A stretch of 64,000 bases of DNA from the NCBI GenBank assembly GCA_013239625.1, contig MU054831.1, positions 373,457 through 437,456 on the forward strand, read 5' to 3'. Both the position numbers and the translations under genes were made by a program. Source of the DNA: Lama guanicoe. Taxonomy: Eukaryota. Of this stretch, positions 47,050 through 58,957 are shown piece after piece. The notes beneath the pieces were generated by a model. That model saw nothing but the letters and a program-made list of their open reading frames with translations, did not search any database and was not told the origin of the DNA. Position 1 is the stretch's first letter. Each line of letters begins with the position of its first letter.

Positions 47050-50000
47050 AAGTCAGGTGGTTCTCTCAGTATTTGCATCTTAAGCCTTAATAGGCCTTGT
47101 GAGTGGTATGAAGCAAGGGCCTAGGTTTCTTCTCATCTGGAGGACCAGTTTTCCCAGGGGCATTGATGGTGTGGTCCATCCACAAGGCCACCTCTCATGA
47201 TTAAAGTGGCGTCTGTCTGTTTTGGTGTCTGTGCCGGGTTCTCTGTGCCTGTCTGTGCACAGGCACAGGCCACCTGAGTTACTGTAGCTGTAAAGTCTGG
47301 GACTGGGGAGGGCAGGTCCTCCCCACCTGGGTTTCCTCGGAGTTGTAACGGCTGTTTGTGGCCATTGAGCTTTTGTATAAAGGTGTTGTGTACGTATAGC
47401 TTGTATGTGTAAATATTCTAAAAATTGTGCGTTTATGCACGTTGTTTTCTGATACAGAATTATAAAATATTTCCATATAAGTGTGTATAGAAATTGTTCT
47501 ATAAATGAAAATTGTATAAAATCTGACTAAAATTACGCACACTCACATGCATATACTTGCCCCTCTTGGGATGTACGTTGCACTTGCACTGAATTTCCAG
47601 TCTGATTAGGAGAGAACTGCATTGTGTGATTTCGTCTTCCTGTGTAGGGGAACATGGCATTTCCGTGTTTATCTAGGTCTTTTCTGTATTTTGACAAAGG
47701 TTTTTTACAGTGTTCTCTGTAAATTCTACTTCCTTACTAGATTTATTTCTAATAGTTTGTTGCTGGTGTTTTGGACCATAATTGATTTTATGTCCTGATC
47801 GTTTTTCCAGAAAACTGACTGACTCTTCCATTCTGATAGTGCATTTGCAGGTTCCCCAGGGTCTTGGGTCTTGTCTTTAGACAGTTGTGTTGTCCTAACC
47901 CTAACCTTTCTTTTTCTTGCCTTACTGCCCTGGCTAGAATCTCTAGTGTAGGTTCAAATACATAAAATGCTCAGTGCAACCTGTCTTCCTCATGCCCCCA
48001 GTGTGAACGCTTCTGATGAGGGCTCTCTATTAGGTGACCGTCGTCAAGTCAGGGAGGTGTCCTTGTACTCCTGGTTTTTATCAAGAATGGGTGAATGAGT
48101 CTCCATTTGATCGTTCTGAGATAATCAGATCATTCTTGCTCTGGTGCTAATAATGTGATGAATTACTTTGTTTCTGGTACTGCACCACCTTGCACTGTTG
48201 CAAGTTTATGTGTATACATGTTTGTTTTTACATTTCTGGATCAGTTTGCTAGATTATTTTAGGCTTTTGCTTTTAAAGTGCCTAGATGAAATTCACACAT
48301 TCTTTTCTTCCTGCTATCCTTGTCTGAGAGGTGTTAAAGGGCCCGGCTCTGTGAGTGAGTTGGGAAGACAGTCTCTCCTCTGGGCTTCCTTACAAAAGCA
48401 CCTGGGCCTGCCCTTTGGTTGTGACTTTTTATGTTTGTTTCTTCAGAGATTGGAGAGTGTTAGTTATTTACACTTTCCATTTCTGACAGACTTGGTTTGG
48501 GTAACTTATTTTTCTAGAGATGGCCTATTTCACCTGTTTCCAAGTTTTTGATGCTTTTCTCAGTAGAATTCTTGTATGGTTTTTCAAAGTCTCTATTGTA
48601 GTTATTCTTTTGTACCCCCTTTGAAGTCTTAGTATTGTCCATTTTCACCTGTTCTCTTGTTTTACTGATGGTTTATGGCATGGAGCGAATGAGTCGTTTA
48701 GGCTCAGCTGCAGGTGGTTCATTCTCTGTAGTATGTCTTTTACTTCGTTAATCTCTCTATTTCTACTTTCTTTGGGTTTATCCTGTTGTTTTTTTCTAAT
48801 TTCAAAAAAGAGTGATTACCTAATTAATTTCTGCATTTTCCTCTTCACTAATATGATGGCTAAGGCTATAAATTTGTCTCCGGGTTACACTCTGGCTTCA
48901 TTCCACAAGTCTGGATATGTAACTGCTTTATTGCTCAGTTCTAAATATTTTCAGATTTCTTCTTTGACTCATGAGTTACTTAGGAGCAAGTTTTTAAGTT
49001 TCCAGGCTTTTTAAGCTTCTAACTTGACTTCTGATTGATTGTGTTGTGGTCACAGTATGTCGTTATGGTATCAATTTTCTGCCATTTGTTGAAAAAATTT
49101 TCGGCCTTAGCTCCTGGCCAGTTTTTATAGAAGTTCAGTATATACGGAAAAAGAATGTGTCGTTTCTGATCGTTTGGCAAAGGACGATACAAGACCAGGA
49201 ACGCAGCTTCATGAACTGCATTGCTTTGGCTTCTGTACGTCTTAGTCTCCGCAGTCCGTGTTGCCCAGACTTGGGTCTTCCTTCCTCTAATCTTGGCTAG
49301 TTCGGCGTCTAGAGACCTTCGGTTTTCCCTTTAGGAGCTGTGTAGTTAGATACATGTGTGATCAGAGTTGATTGAATCTGTTACTCTTGACCTTCCTCGT
49401 TCTTAGTAATGCTTCTTACGCTACAGTCTGTTTTATCTGGGAATGGCACCGTGAGCCCAGCCTCGGTGTCCCCGGGTACTTTTCCATCCCTTTGTTTCAG
49501 CCTCTGTGTCCTCGTGGTCAGGATTCTTGAATAGCTGATAGCTGGATTCTGTCACTGGCTAGTTTTTTGTATTAACATTAGATATTGCCACATTGGATGT
49601 ATTTCTTCCGTCATATTTTGTGCTTTATTTGCTGTGATTTTATTTTTTTAATCTTTACTTTTATTTTTACTGAAGTATAATCAGTTTGCAATGTTGTGTC
49701 TGCCTTGCCTTCAAATTGCTTCTCTTCTGCTTTTCTTGCTTCTTATCCTGTTTTCTTTTTTCTCTTTTATTAAATAATTAGTGATACAGAAAGCACATAA
49801 CCAGTAAGTAATAATGTGTTTTATAATGAGTACTTCTGAGCCTCCGACCTGATCCAAGATCTTGAATGTTGCTGATAACTTCCATTTGAATAAGAGTTTG
49901 GATTTTAGCTTGAAGTTTTAAAACTGTTTCTGTTTCTACTAGGTTATTTCTAAACTTGTATCACTCAACAAGGGCGGAATTAGTATCTCTAATCTCCCCT

Positions 50001-50800
50001 AATATAATGATCTGAAAGTGTTGTGGCTTCAGTCCCCTCCCAGCTATGCTTATTGCTGCCTTGGCTCTTGAGTCTGTCTTGCACTGTGACTCTGTGCAGA
50101 TGGTGGTGGTGGTACAAGTAAGCGGTCAGTGCTTGTTTCACTCCGTCTCGGTTACTGGTTTCTTCAGCAGTATTGCTTTTCGCGAGTCCCTGGCTTCCAT
50201 TTTTCCTCTTTAATAGTTACTTCAGTAGTTATCCATTGATAGTAATTTTTTAAATTTTTATCTGAAAGTGAGTATTTCATTCTTAAGACAAAGACTGCTG
50301 AGTTGGCTGTCACTGCGGTCAGCACAGCATGTAGGTGTGTCTCGCTGTCCCTGGTGGCCCCACGCCAGTGAGCACGGTGCTCCCTCCCGGGGACCTGTCC
50401 TCTCTCTCTAGCTGCTTTTGAGGTCTACTCTACTCTTCAGCGTTTGGGGGGTTTCACTATTACTATGTGAGGTTTCAGTGTAGATTAGTTTAAATTGCCC
50501 TGCTGGCCACCTGTTCTCTTTTGAGGAGGGGAAGGGCACGCTACAGCTTTGCATTCTAGAATTTTCGTCAGTATTTTCCCAGGGTTCTCTGTTCTTTGTA
50601 GTTTCTTCTTTTGGGCCTCCTATTTGACATGTGCTGGACTTCTGATCCTCTTACCTGAGGGTCTTAACTTCTTTAATTTGTTCCATCTCTTGACTTTTTA
50701 ATGCCATTTTATCCCTTATATCTCTGGTCACTTGGAGATTTTTTTGTAGTCTCAATCTGAGTTCTGTCACCTGAAGTTCTTGAGTCTGATCCTATTTCAG
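47050..50800 (-). mobile_element. Long, degraded ancient L1 (L1M) block, antisense
   Basis: T-rich, with L1 ORF2 antisense phrases such as TTCCACAAGTCTGGATATGT...TTCTAAATATTTTCAGATTTCTTCTTTGACTCATGAGTTACTTAGGAG...TTTAAGTTTCCA (~48900-49005). A short younger L1 tip TTTTTACTGAAGTATAATCAGTTTGCAATGTTGTGTC lies at ~49665-49700. Boundaries approximate. Confidence 0.6.
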
Positions 50801-52325
50801 TCTTCTTAGTTTTTGAATTTTGAATTTTGGAGCCTCTCTCCAGTGTGGGTGGATCTGCAGCCTGGCATGAGATTTATTCGCTCCCCAGTGAGATTCCTTT
50901 CTGTTTTGTTAATTTCTAGGTTTGGGTTAGGGGTTCTTGGACAAATGGGGCTGTAGGAATTTGAACCCTAAACCTTTATTGAAGACTAGCCCACGGCTGC
51001 TAATGCTCAAGTGGTGTCCCCACCTCCCAGCACGGGCCAGTCAGGGCATCCTGCCTCTCTGTGCTAGTGGGCTTCTTTTTGTTTTTATCTACCTTCTGTT
51101 GTGGGTTAGTCCCTTTGGGGATCATGGCTTTAAGTGTGTATGTGGAAGGGGGGCTGTCTCTAACCTTTTACCTTGAGGCCCAGAGCTTCTCCCCTGTCCC
51201 CTTGAAAGCTGAAATCCCAAATGTTGCATACTGATACTCACCTTTCGAGGCAGCCTTTTGAGGGGTTTGCACATTATCTGGTTTGAGTATTGCTGGATTC
51301 AGATGTCTCAAAATTTGCCTCTATAAACTGTTAGTTTCAGCTTAGTAAAGCTTGTTGGGGAGAAAAACTCGTGGTAATTATCAGCACAGAAGCATCCTGG
51401 GATGGTTTGTAGCACAAATTTAATATTTGATTTTACATATCTTTTGTTAATGATATGTTCTTAACCGACTCTTTTAAAGCCGCCTATGCTCCAGGTACTC
51501 CGCTTCTCTGATGACTTACTAGCTTCCGTGGAAGTTCCTTGACTTTGAGTCCCACCCCTCCCCTCCCCCCCATCCCCCTCTGTAGTGCTGAGCCCTCAAA
51601 AACAAAAAAATAACAGCAAAACACACTTGCTGGTTGGTTCATGCCCATGGAAGGACTACCTACAAACCACAGTGGTGATCCAGGAAGAGGTGCTTAGAGA
51701 CGTCTTCCAAGTCTAGGGAGGCGGCGCCTCTCCAGGTACCTTCCTGCTGACTTGCGGCACTGCGCTGATGAGTGTCCTCAACTCCGTGGTTTCTTCCCCT
51801 GCGGTGTCCCTGTCGGCTGTGCCGGCCTCTTCCCTGGCCTTCAGCTTGTACGTACAGTTGGCAATCTCTCGTGTCATGTCCTGAGTGTTTGCACCACGTG
51901 CCCCCTTACCAGTGGAGGCTTCCATTGGCCTCCCCATCCCAGTGCGGGCAGCCAGCAGCCCCCTGCCATTCTTGACTCCTGTTGTTCCCCATGTTCAACT
52001 AATGAGGTGCTTCCCGGCGCTCCCTTTCGTGTCCGTCCACTTAGTGTGTCTTCCACCGCCAACCTTAATGGAGAGCCATTGTCTTCAGACTGCTGTGGCG
52101 TTGCCGAGCCTCAGCCCTCCTTCCCGTCTACACACTTTGACAGTGTTCCAATAAAAAAATCCGTCTGGTGCTGCCTTCTGCCCTCAGAGCCCCCCGCCAG
52201 CTTCCCATCACCCCTAGCAGCCCTGTATCATGCATTCCAGCTGTGCTGACCTAGCCTTGGAGTCCTCTCCCGCCCGACCTCGCGGCCCGGGCCTGCGAGG
52301 GCCCTGCCTCACCCGCTTCAAGGAG

Positions 52326-52351
52326 TGGTCCTGGTCCTGGTCCTGGTCCTG
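52326..52351. repeat. (TGGTCC)4 microsatellite
   Basis: tggtcctggtcctggtcctggtcctg. Confidence 0.85.
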
Positions 52352-52899
52352 CCCCATGTGGTGCACACCCACACTTCGGTAGGATTCTACTTATGCTCAG
52401 CCTTCAGAGGTGCAAACGGCATCTGTGCCTAATCCCCCACTAGGCCTGAACCCTTGAGAGAGAAGCAGCAGTGGTGGTGGTCTCTTACTACACCGTGAAT
52501 GCAGACCTGACTTGTCCCTCCACCCGCCAGGGTGGGAGTCCCCAGGGGCGGGATTCTGTTCTGCTTGCTCTGGGGCCAGCTGCATCCTAGGAACACCCTA
52601 GAGATAACACTTCTGAAGAGATTAAGCCGGTAGCCAAGGAACAGAGTAGGGATATTTCATAGAAGTGAGGGGCGCAAGGAACAACCACAGGCCAGTGAGA
52701 GAATGAAAATCTGTGCTACAAACTTTGGGAGCACGGGACGTGTTCCCATGGGAGTTTTTTTAGGCCAGGTTGTCCTCCAGCAACTGGAAGTTGTAAATGG
52801 TTGGGGCCGGCAGTTAATTTCTTTTGTGTTGTTCCTCGAGGTTTCTTGTTTCTTTTTGGGATGGGGTGGTGATGCTGGTGGCCTCCGCTGTTACAGCTG

Positions 52900-53985
52900 C
52901 AGACCTTTCTGCCCCCTCCCCTCCCTCGCGTGCTCCCCCGCTTTCTGAAGGTGGCGATTGGTCCCCCACCCCAGGAAAGGCTGCGGAGCCCTGTGGAGTT
53001 GGGCACGACTCCTGGGGTGCCCTCTCCGGAGCTCGGGCGGGGGCGCGGCGTTGGCCGGCCTGCGGGCGGGGCGGCCTCGGTCTGACGTGTCCGGGCGGGA
53101 TTGGAGCCGCCGCCCTATATAGCCGCGGGGGCCCGGGCGCCGGCCTGGAGGGAGCGAGCGAGCGGAGGTCCCGGCTTCTCCCGCAGCGAGCGGACAGACG
53201 GACGGACAGGCCGGGAGGCGGGTGCACCGCGCGGTGAGCGGGCGGGCGGGGGGCGCTGGCCGGGGTGCAGGGGGCGGGGCTGCGCGGAGAAGTTGGGGCA
53301 CCGAGCTGCCGACGTGGAGCGCCGGGCGGGCGGGGGGGGGGGCCTCGGCCGCCTTCTGCCCGTCCCCACCCACCCACCGTAACCCCTACCCGGGCCGGCA
53401 TAGCGCCCCCGTCGCGGGTGCCCCTCCTGCGCGGCGCGGGGGGGGGCGGCTACGTGTCACCACTGCGCATGGGCCGCGGCGCTGGCACCGGGAGAGTGAG
53501 AAACTTTCCCCGAGTCCCGCGGCCGCGGCGCCGCACTGCCCCCCACGGCGCCCCACTGCCCCCCGCCCGGCGGGGCAGCCCCCCGCCCCAGTCTGGTCCC
53601 GCTCTCCCCGCGCCCCGCGCGCCCCCGACCCGGGCCGTGGCGGGGGGAGGGGCGGCCGACCTGGGCCCAGGTTGGTGACGTTGGCGGCCGGGCCGCTGCC
53701 CCCTCCCCCTCCCGCTCCCCAGCAGGGGCGCCCCTCCCCCAGCTCGGCCGACCGGCGGGGGCGGGGGCGGGTGTTGGTCCCGCGGGGCAGCCCGGGCGGC
53801 GGGACCGGACGGGACGGCGGGACTGGGCCTGAGCAGGCCCGGCTGCACCTCCACCTGCTGCCGTCTGCGTGGTCGGCCGGGCCCTGCTGCTCGCCGGAGT
53901 GCAACTTGGATGTGCCCCAGGGTCCGCGGACGAAAAATACATTACGGAAAAGTACCGAATTTGGATGAAAGGCGGAGAGGCAGAG
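52900..53985 (+). promoter_or_regulatory. HDLBP: Second CpG island: proximal (alternative) HDLBP promoter
   Basis: CpG-dense. GC boxes at ~53036 and ~53064, CRE-like TGACGTGT at ~53083, inverted CCAAT (GATTGG 53099-53104), TATATAG at 53116-53122. Confidence 0.85.
53145..53233 (+). other. HDLBP: Candidate HDLBP alternative (proximal) first exon
   Basis: Begins about 25-30 nt downstream of TATATAG and ends at donor GCG|gtgagc (53233/53234); contains no ATG. Confidence 0.6.
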
Positions 53986-54116
53986 NNNNNNNNNNNNNNN
54001 NNNNNNNNNNNNNNNNNNNNNNNNNNNNNNNNNNNNNNNNNNNNNNNNNNNNNNNNNNNNNNNNNNNNNNNNNNNNNNNNNNNNNNNNNNNNNNNNNNNN
54101 NNNNNNNNNNNNNNNN
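53986..54116. other. Assembly gap (N run) at the CpG-island edge
   Basis: N bases. Confidence 1.
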
Positions 54117-57100
54117 AGATGCCCGCCTCCCGCCAGTCATGTCGACCTTGTGCCCGTGGCCTTTCTGAGATTTAAGCTTTGTGATCTTTCAGCCCATCGG
54201 GGTTTTATATTTCTATTCTAAAGACTGGTTTGTGGGCCTTGAGAAGTACTTTGAAATTTTTTTTCCTTGCAAGCTTACTGTAGGGGTAAAAGAAAATAAT
54301 TTTAATTTTGGAAGAAGAGGAGAGAAGTCCTGGGTTTCAGCTGGAGGTTTTTTTGATAAACCTCCATGCCCAGTTCTGTCTGTGTAAATAGGTGCTGAAG
54401 TCCTCAGTTGGCTGAGATAAAATTCTTTCTGGACTGTTAACTCTTGAGTTCTTTGGAAAGACGACGGGGTTCCTTTTGAATGTGTAATTGGCAAAACATT
54501 ACAAGGAAATCAACTTACCTTTGTTTACAAGCAAGAAAAGTAAAAATCTTCATTTGAAGGCTTTGATTGTGCATGTGTTAGGACCCAGGTTCAGATACAA
54601 GCCACCTGTGCCACGCCACGACTTCACACTTCTCCGCATGGGGAGTCCAGTGCGTGCCAGCCCTCCACACTCCCTCATCTCCGCAGGATGGAGGCACCCG
54701 GAGAGTCTTTGCTTCCATCTGTTCTCTTCCCTTTGATTCTGGTTCTGTTTGTTACATAGTTATGTTTTGAAATGTGGCCTTTTCTCTGTGCCTATGAAAG
54801 TCCGGGTTGAGAAGAGTGAGATTTGCACTGGGTGGACCTGCATGCTACTTGCACAGAAGATAGCTGAGAGCAGCTGAAATGATGAAGGGACGGACCGTCT
54901 CAGGGATCACTGAAGGAGGTGGGAGAAGGGGCATCACATGTCTCAAGGAGTCTTGTAGGAAAAGGTAGACTTGCCCTCTGGGGCTAGACGGGGAAAGAAG
55001 TTGCCGATTTGGGCACACCTTCAGGCCGCCTGTTCTGACAGCCTCACCGAGGTGGAGCAGTGGTGGGGCCTGGGCTCTCTGGGAAGGCTGCCGTCCCGGA
55101 GCCTGGTGTCCCTCAGAGACCAGCAGGGACAGCTGTGCTCCTTTCACACCCGGTTTGAGCAGCGATACTCGGTCAGGTGAGGAGCTGTGATAGCAGACGT
55201 CTGGCCTCTGTTACTCGATGAAGGGGCCTGTCTGAGGTCCCCTGGGCACTTGAGACTGGGGAGCTGGGGTGGAGAGCACGAGTGCCCTGATGCTTGTGAG
55301 ACTGGGAAGATCTCCGTGAGCGGGAGCAGACCTGTCAGGTGCGGTCTGTGAAGGTGGAGCCAGGGCCTGGGGTAGCAGGTGGGAGTGGGCATAGCACTGT
55401 GGACAGTTTCATAGGTGCTGCTTTGTTGAACTAGAGACAGGCCACCAATCAGGCTGGGGACGTGGAAGGGGCGCTGAGGCTGGCCTTTTGTAAGATCTAC
55501 CCCAGCCCCTCAGGTAGGGCTGAGGCCTGCATTTACACGTGGGTCTCCATGTGTTTAAAACGTGTTTAAAATGCATTCTCTAAAGACAGGGTTTTGAGAA
55601 GTTTATTTAAAAAAAAAAAAACCCAGAAACCTAGTTTGATGCTATCAGAACCCCAGATGTTAATCTGTTGCTTGCTGTGATCCATTCATTTCCAGCTGTG
55701 ACAAACTGCCATTTGAAATCTGGAGGCTAGAGACCCAGTGTATCCTGTCAAACCAGCTTGGAGTATTTTGTAGGTCCACTCTCTGTCCTTGGCTGCCTCA
55801 GGGCCTGTGCACATGGGAGGGTTAGAGTCTCTGGCAGGTTCTCCCTCCAGACATTAGTAGGTTCAGCCTCTTTCTTGAGCCACTTGGACTAAGGGTTCAA
55901 TAGGAAGGCTGGCAGCAATTGACTGCTGAAGTGTGAGCTTCTCAGAAGACACTGAGGAGTTCGTCCCATCTTGTGTGTGACAGCTGCAGACTGGGGGTGA
56001 CCCGTCACAGACCTGTGGCTGGAGTAGGCGTGGACAGTGACTGTACTTCACAGGCTTATGTGGCTGCCACTGGGCACTGAAGACTTGCCCTGTCAGGAAG
56101 CAGGAGGACTGGTCAGTAGGAGCACAGAGAAGGGAACATGGGCCTAACTGAGGGCATGTAGGTGAGCCCAGCTTGTTAGAAAGTGGGCGTCAGTGGGTTT
56201 GGAGAAGTGATGCTGGTATCTGGGCCGACCGGGAGAGGGGGAGGCCCTTCAGGTGGAAGGTCAGCAGGCAGGAGGCCGTGCTGGGTGCTCTCAGTGAGGA
56301 GAGCGGGGTGGACAGTGGGTCCCGGCTTCACCACTGGTGCCTTGGCCTAGGACACAGCCATGCCGTTCCAGCCTTGCTCAGGGGACTGGCCTGACCCCTG
56401 GGGTCCCAGGGGGCGCTCAGTTTTCACACCCTGTCAGGACTGATGTGTGAATGTGATACTCTGATACTTTGATTTAATGGAAAGGATTTTCTTTTTTGCC
56501 TTAATCATTAAAAGTTGCTGATTAGAATTTGTTGGAGACAAATTCTTAAATAAAATAATCTTGGTCAGTTTGTCTGCTCCTGGGCCCCCTTGGTCTCAGG
56601 TGCACTTGTTTGCTTTGTGGGACCCATAGAGGGTCTGGCCTCTGGCTGGTGGTATGTCCCCCATGTGACTCGAGTCCCGCCTCCAGAGGTTTTTTGTTTG
56701 TTTGTTATTTTAATCCTTGAATGCTGCTTGTCTGTGTCCTCGGTGCACCCCCACTGCTGTAAACTCTTCTAGCTCCTGAAGCAGGCGCACGTTGAGGACA
56801 AGTCTTTGGGGACGTTGTCCTCCAGTTAGGGAGGGTGTTCTGGTTACACTTGTCAGTTCTCCTGTTCTAGACGCGTGCCTGACCCCTGTCATGGTGTCGG
56901 CCTCATCAAGTGCGCGGGTGTTTTGCATAAAGTGGCAGGTAACCTGCCTGGCAGCCGCTGTCCTGACGTCCCCCAAGGCAAGGTGACCCATGAGCTCTTT
57001 CTTGACAGAGTAGCTCTTGGCCCTCCAGGAAGGCCTTTGAAGGCTCTTTGCAACCCTGCTGTTTTGTGGCCTGGTCTCTACATTCCGGTGGGTTAGAAGG

Positions 57101-57630
57101 GACCCGAGGGCGGCTGTAGGGTAGCAGCGAGAAGAACAAAGGGCCGAGTGCAGGCTCGCCCTGGAGGGCCCTGGGGCCCCACGGCCCGCCCACGTTCTGT
57201 TCTGCTCTCCGTTGTAGCAGCACTGCAGGACCTTTTTCCTTCTGGCCCAGCAGAGAGTGACGAGAGGAGTGTGGGGAGGATGGCCCAACCATGCAGCAGA
57301 ACGAGCTGGCAGCGCTGTGAGGGTTTTACTCCAGAATGTTACGTTTAAAAGTTTTGGCAGCTGATGGGTCATTCCCTCTGGTCCCTGGAAAAGCTGCTGT
57401 CTAGAAGTTTTAGAAAGTTTGGGTTTCACTGTAGTAGGTCTTGTTTGAGGCCAATGGCCTGAGGGAAAGGGTTCTTCCATTTTTTCACCTAGGAAATTTG
57501 CCTGAGTATTGATACCATTAGCCAAAGTGTAAACAGTATTTTGACCTTTGCTGGTTAAGAGGTAGAAGGATCTGGGCTGTAGGGTGCAGGTAAGTGACGT
57601 TTCTCCGGTTTTTCTCCTTGCCCACACTAG

Positions 57631-57692
57631 GAAAGCTGGCAGGCTGACAGGCGGCCTCAGGACGGACCTTCTGGCTACTGACCATTTTGCTG
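57631..57692 (+). other. HDLBP: HDLBP 5'UTR exon 2 (62 nt)
   Basis: Polypyrimidine tract plus cactag| acceptor; GAAAGCTGGCAGGCTGACAGGCGGCCTCAGGACGGACCTTCTGGCTACTGACCATTTTGCTG|gtaagt; matches the recalled human leader. Confidence 0.85.
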
Positions 57693-58881
57693 GTAAGTCT
57701 TCGCTGGGTGTCCCTGGGCTGTCCCACCTTCCTTCACTGCGCTTTGAGTTTCTGGCGGTTCCCCAGAGAGGATCGCTGTCACTGCGCCTCCAGCAGGCCC
57801 TGCGACGTGTCCTCTGGTTTCCGCCTGTTTCTCCCCGTGTTTCCGTAAGTGTGAACTAGCGCTTGCTCGCGATACCTGAACCTGGGTCTGCATCTCTTCA
57901 GGAGTGCAGGCCTTGTTCTTCTTGGGTTCAGGGAGAGGTCTTACTGAGTTGCAAAAATGATGTCAAAACGCACTCTTACTCAATTCCTTGACCCCCTTAT
58001 TTTTGCCCTGATGTACAAGAAGACACTTGCTGCATAATTGCGTGAAGAGCGTGGCGTGGAGCTCACCTAGAGTGGGAGAGAAGCTGGCGCCCTGCCTCAG
58101 GGCCAAATGAGCCCCTTTTCCAAAGAAGGGAGCTGTGTCTTTGAGAGCTAGTCGCACGGAGTCCTGGGGTCCTCCGGAGTGGGGTCTGGAGCCAGCCCAG
58201 GGTTCCCGCCCTGCCCTGAGGAGCTGAGTGCCCTTGGGCGGGTCACACCTGCTGCGGGTCCACTTAAACTGTTGTCCCTGCTTCCGCCTCTTGCTCTTAC
58301 TGCTGCCGAAGAGCACGTGGGGCTGCTGTCCAGGGCTATCTGTAGCTGCTGTGACAGGGGCACGTTGGACAGCGTCAGGGGGCCTGGGGTTGAACAGATT
58401 AGCCCAGTAACTGAGACAGCTGTTAGAGCCATCCAGATGTTCTGTCTGACACGTGCTGGGTTCCTGTGGGCTCCTGTGGGTGAGGAGAGGGGTGCAGACG
58501 GTGTCTCTGTGGCCCCTGTGAGTGGGGAGGTGGGTGTAGCTTGTACCTTGAGGCCCCTGGGCGTTCCGATACTGAACCTGGAGCCTCCGTCTCCTCAATC
58601 ACAGGCAGCTTTTGAGGGGTCAGTTGTCCAAGGACCTCCTTTACGTGAATTTCTCCTTTTCCTCTCTGGGTGAGAGTTTGGGTATCACCTTGCCTCAGGG
58701 GTTGTAAGTGAGGAAAGTAAGGTGTCATTTGCTGGAAAAGCAGAGTTAAAAGCCTTGGCTGAAGCTCTGAGCTGAAGAGCTCCCCTTAGCCTGGAGCTGG
58801 CCGTGCCTGGACTCTGCTCCTTCTGACTCGCCCCTCTGCTTCAGTGGCTCACCCGGACCGTGTGGAGGCGTGAGATCAACC

Positions 58882-58957
58882 ATGAGCTCCGTTGCAGTTT
58901 TGACCCAGGAGAGCTTTGCCGAACACCGCAGTGGACTGGTTCCGCAACCGATCAAAG
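58882..58957 (+). CDS. HDLBP: Vigilin coding exon 1 (MSSVAVLTQESFAEHRSGLVPQPIK(V)); whole exon 58845-58957
   Basis: Vigilin N-terminus; ACCATGA start; cttcag| acceptor ending at 58844; AAG|gtgacg donor. Confidence 0.96.

Noticed and set aside
52814-54140. Cluster of long Pro/Arg/Gly/Ala-rich ORFs on both strands
   Set aside because: Expected artefact of stop-codon scarcity in a CpG island; some run through N bases.
56710-57627. 305-aa ORF on the - strand, the longest in the track
   Set aside because: Non-ATG start, no recognisable domain, antisense to an HDLBP intron; consistent with chance in GC-rich DNA.
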